Below are positions 52,150-64,000 of a stretch of 64,000 nucleotides of DNA, one piece after another. The notes beneath the pieces are model-generated. The model had not been told where the DNA came from. It ran no database searches and worked only from the letters and a program-made list of their open reading frames with translations. Both the position numbers and the translations under genes were made by a program. The number at the start of each line of letters is the position of its first letter. Position 1 is the stretch's first letter. The DNA is taken from NCBI RefSeq assembly GCF_009914755.1, contig NC_060929.1; one strand, given 5' to 3'. The stretch comes from the human T2T-CHM13v2.0 reference genome, Homo sapiens.

Positions 52150-55100
52150 CAAAACGCTCCCTCCGGGAGAGGGAGGGCACGGCGCCCGCCCGGGGATGAG
52201 GTCAGTGCAGCAGGCACCTCTCCTCAGTGCAGGAGGCAAGCAGAACCGCAAAGATCATCTTGGCCAGACCCATGACCCTGGAATCCCAGACGGGCAGGGC
52301 AGGGTAGGGCGCGCGACCTCTTCCCCTGGTGGGAAGGTCCTCCCGGCGGGGCCTCCTCTTCCCCTCCCCGGGGAGGCAGGTGGAGCTGCGTCCTCATCTT
52401 TGTTCCCATCTGGAGCGCGTTTGGCGCGGCGTGGCGGGGGCGGGGCTGCGCCCCCGCGGTGCCCGGAGAGACTGGCCCGCCCGCTTATCTGATCTGCGGC
52501 TAATTGAAACTCCCTGCTCGCGAAGGTCAGCTCGGTCCCCTGACAGCTGCCGAGCCGAGCCGGGCCGGATGGAAAACCCGGGCTGTACAGGGCCCGGCGG
52601 GGCGCTGAGGGGAGGGGTTGTGGGGGGCTGCCTCTGCGGCAAAGTAGACAAAGGCGGCCCCTCCCTCCCTGTGCGCGCTGCTGGGGGTCGCCAGAGGTAG
52701 CGGCCTTCGCCCTCACCCTGCAGGGTGTTCCAGCCGGGGTCACATGGCCTAAGGCTACAGAGGAGGGGGGCGCCCTTAATCCCTACGTGCCCGCCCACCC
52801 CGCTCCCACGCCGGGGCCCTGTCTGGGGTCTCTGGGAGAGTCACCCCCAACTTCCTGCCCCCACCCCGCCTCCACGCCCCGGCTCTGAGACTTCCTGCCT
52901 CCCCGGCTCCGGGCAGCTCTGGCTGTGGGAAGCTGGCGGGGCGGGGGCGGCCCGATCCCCTCCCTCTGTGCACTCGACGGGGCGCTGGGGGTCCGGGAGG
53001 AAGTGTGCACGCTGGGGGGCACGGCTCAGCCCAGAAGCCGCCATCCGGTGGGTCAGGTGCGGCCTCAGCCTAGGAGGGCGGGCGGGCAGGCCTGTTGCTA
53101 ATGGTGCTGGGACGGGCGTGGGGGGGCGGGGGGATGGTAGCGGGGGAGCCTCTGGGAGCCCCGTTTCCAGGGTTCCGGGTGCGGACGTGGCGAGCTCTGG
53201 AGACTGCAACCCCGCCCGCCGCGCCCCAGGCTGGCCCAGTCCCTAAGCAGCCCGCACGCGCCTCCCACTAGCCGCCTGTGCGCCTAGGCTGAGGTGCTGG
53301 GGAGCTCCCGAGGCGGAACTCCTAGCCTCCGGGCTAAGCGCGCGCCCCTATTCAAAGTCTTTAGGGCCTTGGCTTTCACAGCCAAGAAGAAATAACTCCA
53401 ACCACAGATTTTCAGAACCACGTGCCAAACACCATGATAGGCGTTGAACGTATTTTGTATCAATTAGGCCTCACAACAATTCCATTTTGCTGATGAGGAA
53501 GCTGAGGCGCAGAGAGGTGGTGACTTGGCCGAAGTCACACAGCTAGTAAGTTATCGAGGCGGGGCTGGGCTCTGACTCCAAAGCCAGCGTTGTTAGCCTC
53601 AGGTGGTCGCGTCTTAGCAAGAGCTCTGCAGTTGTGCGCCAATATAGGTCGATTACCCAGGGCATCCACGAATGCAGAGAGCCCCTTGGCGGCGTCTTGC
53701 CGCACGTGTTCTTGTCTTGGGGTTGGGCACGTGTTTCGTGGTGCAGTCCCGCGTGTTAGAGCCCGGGGACAGAGGTATAGCCTAGCGCACTGGTGCCCAG
53801 GTGCGCCATTCGCGGTTGGGACCTGGCAGAGTCATATGGCTGGGGCCTGAGCCGCGAGCAGGGCGGAGCGGGGGCGGAGAACTCGGAGCTGAGTCCACGC
53901 GGGCCGCGGCGCCTGGGAGGCCGCAATCCCGGCGCCTGCAGCCGGCGAGGCGCGGGGTGACGCGCGGGGGCCCAGCTACCGTGACCTCCTCCGCGGTTGC
54001 CATGGAGACCGTGCACTATAAATAAAAAAAAAAAAAAAAAAAGGAGGAGGAATTTCAAACCCGTTTTCTACGGCGCTTGGCGGGAGGGGGGAGGAAAGCT
54101 CTCTTTGAATCGAGTTTCCCATTTCACCTTCCCAGGCGGCGGGAGCGCTTCCCCCGCAGCCCAGCCGGGAAATTGCCGCCCCTCACGCCGCGTGGCGCCC
54201 CCTGAGGAAGCTAATTAGCGCAGCCCAGGGAGCTGGAGACAGGGGGACAGAGCCCCGGGGGGCCAGGACCCGCCTCTTTTGTGTGGGGGGGAAGCGCCTA
54301 CAAATTGCCCCCCATCTCTCCAGGCGCGCGCAGCCCAGCGCGGGCCGGGGCACCGGGCGCAGGCGGGAGGTCGCATCTGCAGCTTTGGCGCAATGAATCA
54401 GGCGCGGCCGCCGCCGCCGCCGCCGCCGCCGAGCGCGTCTGGCATCCGGAGTCTCCCGGGATCGAAAATAATTTGGGCAAAGCGGTGGGAGGTGTGTGCG
54501 CGCGCGCTCCGAGGGGAGGGCGGGGGAGCAGGCCGGGCGGGGTGCGCGGGGCGGGGGGAGGTGCCATCCGACAGCCCCGCTGTGGTGAGAACAGAGTTGA
54601 CACTTCTTTCCTTTCCACTTACTGCGGCAAGTACTGCGAGGAAGCTTAACCCTCTCGCTACTTGGAGGGTTAGAGGCGCTGGGAGCGCCCTCATGAGGGC
54701 GCGCCGTAGGGGTGGGTTCCAGGTGTGCAGACTCCTTTGGGGTGGGCTATTGTAGCGGGCTGGAGTTAGCCTTCTAGCTCCTCAGACGAGCGCTCCTACC
54801 CGACATTCCTCAAGGCATCCTTCTGGGGCTTTCTTAATCCTTCCGTTTGCCTTCCCTGCATCTGGCTAGTGTCAGCGCTATGGCCTCAGTTTCCTCACCT
54901 ATACAAGAGGGTGGGGGTTCTATAGCAGCTTCCCTGTCGGTCTGGTGACCCTGGTTTCGTGTCGCTCTCTCTGGCTTGATCCCTGGGCCTGGCAGGGGTG
55001 AGCCGGTTAGGGCAGCCGGGGGTGCAGGAGTCAGAACCTGACCCTCCTTGTCTCCCGCCAGCGCTCTGGGCGCCGTTCATCAAAATGGCCGGGTTCCTGT

Positions 55101-55300
55101 TTTTGCCTCTGAAGGCAGAAATGTCACTGCCGCTGCATTAAGCACGCTCGGCGGGAACTCGGTTTGGAGCGAGGAGCTGGCGCTCAGCCCTGCCAAGCTG
55201 CCTGCCGCAGGGGGGTGGGGATGGGCTGGCTGGCCAGCCGGCCTGGCTGGGGTCAGTCTTTGTCTACGAGGGGCTCCCACCTTCCTGTCGCTCTAGCCCG
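52150..55300. promoter_or_regulatory. Large orphan CpG island (with a MIR-like gap near 53.4-53.6 kb)
   Basis: Very CpG-dense. Contains an RFX X-box (53996), TATAAATA (54017), (GCC)8 (54407) and GC boxes. Confidence 0.75.
54407..54430. repeat. (GCC)8 trinucleotide repeat in CpG island
   Basis: Direct reading. Confidence 0.95.
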
Positions 55301-55924
55301 ACATGGCCCACTCCCCTAAACCGTGCTGGTTGCTCCCACCCCACTCAAGTTTGGCGGGGGTCGGGGGAGGCGGGGGAGGGATTAAAGGGGAGGATCTGTG
55401 CCCCTCTGGCTCAGGGATAGCAGGGAGGTGATTGGGCAGAACTCATTTCGTTTTCCCCACCCCCATAATTGGCAACACCTCTGGAATTCATGGATCGTCT
55501 CCCCATTAATGTTGCCCATTTGATGAGGAAGGAATGGTAGCCAGGCCTCAGGGCATCCTCAGTCTTCTGACCTGAAGTTTCCCCAGAAGGGCTTGGGGGA
55601 GAGTGTGCATTTCACCTTTTCCTAGCTTCTTTCTGGCCAAGGGATCCCACCACCCCAGGAATTCTCAAATCCTGGTGCACAGCAGACCACTTGCCCTTGT
55701 GAGCACGCAGATGTGAGGAGGAGGGGGCAGGCCAGTGTGGAGAGTCTGATTTAGTGGGTCTGGAGTGGTCCTGTCATCTGCACACCTCACGAGACCCGAG
55801 GGAAGGCTGCCACCCTCACTGAGAGGCATATTGGGAGTCCCACAGAAATCGGAGGTGATGGAGTCTAGCAAGTCACTGAACAATGGGAGATTGAGAGAGG
55901 GATCACTCAGTAAGGTAGGAACTT

Positions 55925-56160
55925 GGTGGTTGAGAGTGTGGGTTCTGGACTCAGGAGGACCAAGCTTAAATCCTGGCTCTGCCACTAATTGACTGCATGC
56001 TGGAGGGCAGATGACCCAAACTGAGCCTTGGTTTCCTCAATTGTAAAATGGGGGTAACACTGATGGTCCCTAACCCCACCAAAACAATGTGTGGCTTCTA
56101 TGGGACAGTGCATGGAAAGTGCTGAGTGTAGGTCCAGGTACTTAGTAACTGCATGATATA
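55925..56160. mobile_element. MIR
   Basis: aaatcctggctctgccact...ttcctcaattgtaaaatgggg MIR core. Many further MIR fragments are seen (e.g. ~0.3, 5.8, 6.9, 7.9, 18.7, 28.6, 38.1, 53.5 kb) and are not listed individually. Confidence 0.7.
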
Positions 56161-56815
56161 TGTGAGCCTCTGTCGTCATTGTCATCACTATTAAAACTAT
56201 TGGAACTCAGATTTGTAGTTCAGACTTTAGTTTTGGGGTAGAGGAGAGTCTGGCCCAGATGTCTCTGGTTCTCCAAGTCTTGTCCTTTAGGGGTCTACCA
56301 GGTCCTGGGCAGGGAAGAGTGAGAGTGGGGTAGGGGTCAGTCCCCTGGGTGTGGTCTCATCTGTGGGACTCCACTCCCTACCCCAAGCCCCAGTGCCTTA
56401 GGTCTCTTTCACCCTTGGGTGTCCCCTCACAGCTGCCACTTGGAGCTACAGATGCCCACTGGGCACTGGCCTGGCTAGTACTTGAGGGCTTGCCTCTCCT
56501 AGACCCATATCCAGCCTTACTTCTCTATGAAGCATCAGGTTCTGTGATGGTGGTACAAGCGCCCGGGTAAATTAGGCCCCTGAACCCTGGGTGGTGGGGG
56601 ACAGGGAGTGTGATGTTGAGCATGTGGGGTGCAGGAATAGGACACCCAAATTGGAGCAGCCTTTGGAATGTGGAATCCCACTTCCCTCTTTGGAAAGATA
56701 GGTTGAGGGGAGCTGAGTGAGGACATAGTACTAATGTGTGCCTGGAATCTAGGGCTGATGTCTGTTTCATTCAGGATATTTGGGACTGCTGGTTTCAGAA
56801 TACAGGAAGGACTAA

Positions 56816-57202
<387 letters not shown>

Positions 57203-57856
57203 TGGCATGGGAGCATTCTAACTTGACTTGGGGAAGGGGTGTCTGTCCACTTGAGGCTGCCAGGTGGCTGAGGCTAAGATGACCTCATAGAGCTCCTTCT
57301 TGGACTGTAGGCAGCAGAGGGCACCAGCTTTGGACCCTACTCTTCTCACGCGTGCTTGCACATCTGCCCATGCTCAGTCACACTGACCCAGATTCATACT
57401 GGCCCATATGTTCTCATGCCCCCACATGCATATTCATGTACATGCTAACGTACATGTGCACATATGCTATACCACCACATGTACAACACACGTGTATGCT
57501 TATGCATGCACAGGTACACACAGGTACACACTTGGATATCCAGATGCACACATACTAACCTGCACATGGATACCCTGATGCACCCATGCATACATTAACA
57601 CCATGTACACACACACAGTAACAAATGCACACACATGGGCAAACCCACAGCCATTTGCTCTTCCATCAGCAAATTCGTGTGTATGTAAACTGTATCTCCC
57701 GTGAGAATAGGGCTATCTTTGTTTATTGTCAAGTCCCCCAAGATAAGAGAAGTCTGTTTAATCTCAAGGCTCACATGCTTGGTACTTGGGAGGTATACAA
57801 TACAGTATTGTCTGGAATATGTGAGTAATTGTATAAGTGTATATGGAAGTGAGTAA

Positions 57857-58270
<414 letters not shown>

Positions 58271-58338
58271 GAGGCAAGTACTCTTATAATTTCTGCTTAG
58301 GCGTTTGGGAACTGAGGCTACAAGAAACAGTCATTACC

Positions 58339-59338
<1,000 letters not shown>

Positions 59339-59440
59339 CTACCTAAGTTTGCACAGCTAGGAAGTAGTGTAACCGGGATTTGATCCCGAGTCTGGAATGC
59401 CAGGGTCCATGGTATCACTCTACTAAGTGGTGCAGAGTTT

Positions 59441-59441
<1 letters not shown>

Positions 59442-59471
<30 letters not shown>
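59442..59471. repeat. (GT)15 microsatellite
   Basis: Direct reading. Confidence 0.95.
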
Positions 59472-59473
<2 letters not shown>

Positions 59474-60261
59474 TGGTGGTTGCTATCTGATGCTATTATT
59501 TCCCGCTAGCAGGTGGGCATCTAGAGCCTGCTTGCATGAAGGAGTTGGCCCCTATTCACCCTGGCTTGCTGGTGCGCTGGAAGCTTTCATGCTTCTTCTG
59601 TCATGGCATGGGCACCCAGAACCATCTCCCAGGGCTGTGGTGGTCAATGCTGCCCAGCCAACACTGATAGGAGTGCCTAGAGGGGGAAATGGGGGGCCAG
59701 GGAGCTGCTGACTCCCACCTCCCCCCACCACTAGCCCCCATCTTCTCCAATGCTGCAGCCTCATTTCAAAGGCTTAGCCTATTCAGGTGGGAAGCTGGAG
59801 CCATTTTGGAGGTGGGTAGGGGCAGTCACGAGGCCTTCCTGCATCAATCAACTGGGGCAGCTAAGACCAGGCGGGCCTGTGCTGACCTTTGTCCATAGCC
59901 TGAACCTCTCCTTGTGCCACACGGGAGGCAGGGGGGCTGGACCTCACCCTTCTTGCTCCTCTGAGCTTAGCTGGAGGCCTATAAAAGAGCCCTGGCTAAG
60001 GAGGGAGACAAAACACCTAGTTTGATGGGGAGACACAGCCTCAGTTCTAAGAGGAGCACAGGCTTGGGAGGGAAGGCCTCTGCCTTCAGGAAGTTTTCAG
60101 TCTGAAAAGTCCCAGGCTCTCTAAGCCTCACTTTGCTCATCCAGGAAGTGGGGATGACAGTGTAGTCAGCTGTGAGGGTTCCAGAAGTTATGGTGTGGAA
60201 GGACCAGGGACCAGGATCAACATGGATATCTTAAACCATGCATAGCCACAGCATTCAGGGG

Positions 60262-60289
60262 GATGGTGATGATGATGATGATGATGATG

Positions 60290-60324
<35 letters not shown>
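60262..60324. repeat. Compound (GAT)n(TAT)n microsatellite
   Basis: Direct reading. Confidence 0.95.
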
Positions 60325-60404
60325 GGGTAATATTTACTGGGCACTTACTAGACCTCAAGTCAAATGCTAAGTGCATGCTTTACCCAATTAACTCAGTTAA
60401 TCCT

Positions 60405-61020
60405 TTTTTTTTCTTTTCCTGAGATGGAGTCTAACTCTGTTGCCCAGGCTGGCGTGCAGTGGTGTGAGCTCGACTCACGGTGACCTCCCCCATCAAGTGA
60501 TTCTCAAGTGGTTCAAGTGATTCTCCCCGCTCAACCTCCAGAGTAGCTGGGACTACAGACATGCGCCACCACACCTGGCTAATTTTTTTTTTTTTTTTTT
60601 TTTAGACAAAGTCTCGGTTTGTTGCCCAGACTGGAGTGCAGTGGTGCAATCTTGGCTCACTGCAAACCCACCTCCCGGGTTCAAACGATTCTCCTGCCTC
60701 AGCCTCCCAAGTAGCTGGGACTGCAGGCACGTGCCACCATGCCTGGTTAATTTTTGTACTTTTAGTAGAGATGGGGTTTCGCCATGTTGGCCAGGCTGGT
60801 CTCTAACTCCTGACCTCAAGTGATCCTCCCACCTTGGCCTCCCAAAGTGCTGGGATTACAGGTGTGAGCCACCGCGCCTGGCGTTAAGTTTTGTATTTTT
60901 AGTAGAGATGGGGTTTCACCATGTTGGTCAGGCTGGTCTCAAACTCCTGAGCGCAGGTGATCTGTTCTCCTTGGCCTCCCAAAGTGCTGGGATTACAGGC
61001 ATGAGGCACTGTGCCTGGCC
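60405..61020 (-). mobile_element. Alu cluster (right arm, full Alu ~60583-60882, left arm)
   Basis: Nested Alu arrangement. Confidence 0.85.
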
Positions 61021-61070
61021 TTAATTGTTCTAAGAATTCTGGGAGGCAACTTTCATTATCATTGCCATTT

Positions 61071-61179
61071 AAAAAAAATATGGAATGCTTTATGAATTTG
61101 CATGTCATCCTTGCACAGGGTCATGCTAATCTTCTCTATGTCATTCCAATTTTAGTGTATGTGCTATTGAAGCAAGCAT
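61071..61179 (-). pseudogene. U6 snRNA retropseudogene, full length
   Basis: Reverse complement follows U6 end to end (...CTAAAATTGGAA...GAGAAGATTAGCATG...AAGGATGAC...CCATATTTT), mostly with CpG transitions. Flanked by direct repeats cattatcattg(c/t)cattt (61054-61070, 61177-61193). Confidence 0.93.
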
Positions 61180-61208
61180 TATCATTGTCATTTTATAAAT
61201 GAAGAAAC

Positions 61209-61311
61209 AGCCAGGCATGGTGGCTCACCCCTGTAATCTCAACACTTTGGGAGGCTGAGGCGGGTGGATAACTTGAGCTCAGGAGTTCAAGACCAGCCTG
61301 AACAACATGGT
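61209..61311 (+). mobile_element. Alu left-arm 5' portion interrupted by the THE1 insertion
   Basis: Alu sequence stops at ...aacatggt, directly abutting the LTR TG. Confidence 0.85.
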
Positions 61312-61666
61312 TGATATGATTTGGCTGTGTCCCCACCCAAATCTCAACTTGAATTGTATCTCCCATAATTCCCATGTGTTGTGGGAGGGATCCAGGGGGA
61401 GGTAATTGAATCATGGGGGCTGGTCTTTCCCGTGCTATTTTTGTGATAGTGAATAAGTATCATGAGATCTGATGGATTTATCAGGGGTTTCTGTTTTTGC
61501 TTCTTCCTCATCTTTCTCTTGCTGCTACCATGTAAGAAGTGCCTTTCACCTCTCACCATGATTCTGAGGCCTCCCCAGCCATGTGGAACTATAAGTTCAA
61601 TGAAACCTTTTTTTATTCCCAGTTTCGGGTATGTCTTTATCAACAGTATGAAAACGGACTGATACA
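61312..61666 (+). mobile_element. THE1 (THE1A-like) ERVL-MaLR 5' LTR
   Basis: Starts TGATATGATTTGGCTGTGTCCCCACCCAAATCTC and ends GGACTGATACA. ~355 bp, typical THE1 sequence. Confidence 0.9.
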
Positions 61667-63975
<2,309 letters not shown>

Positions 63976-64000
63976 GTTTTGTTTTGTTTTGTTTTGTTTT

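Noticed and set aside
61071-61179. Functional U6 snRNA gene
   Set aside because: Multiple substitutions including in the ACAGAGA box, TSD-flanked, no recognisable upstream U6 promoter.

Overview
GC-rich, Alu/MIR-containing primate (almost certainly human) genomic DNA covering the 3' part of CXXC5 (RINF/WID, a CXXC zinc-finger protein) on the + strand. Bases ~1-23431 are intronic, upstream of the first coding exon, and carry several small CpG-rich, homeobox-rich elements and candidate alternative non-coding first exons. The two coding exons are 23592-24515 and 25942-25986 (322 aa), and the 3' UTR ends after AATAAA at 26932. The remaining ~37 kb has no recognisable protein-coding gene. It holds two orphan CpG islands (~39.7-40.9 kb, ~52.1-55.3 kb), dense Alu clusters, MLT1 and THE1A LTR elements and a U6 retropseudogene. 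Most notable unexplained signals: two independent triple-octamer (POU) arrays with exact 11-bp phasing (41942-41971, 49258-49287), a 4-codon uORF with A at -3 in the first coding exon, a perfect DR2 element inside a MIR, a SOXE-type paired site, and a 33-bp dispersed near-perfect repeat. Motif calls were made by eye and are hypotheses. Repeat boundaries and subfamilies are approximate. No prokaryote-type systems (CRISPR etc.) are present.
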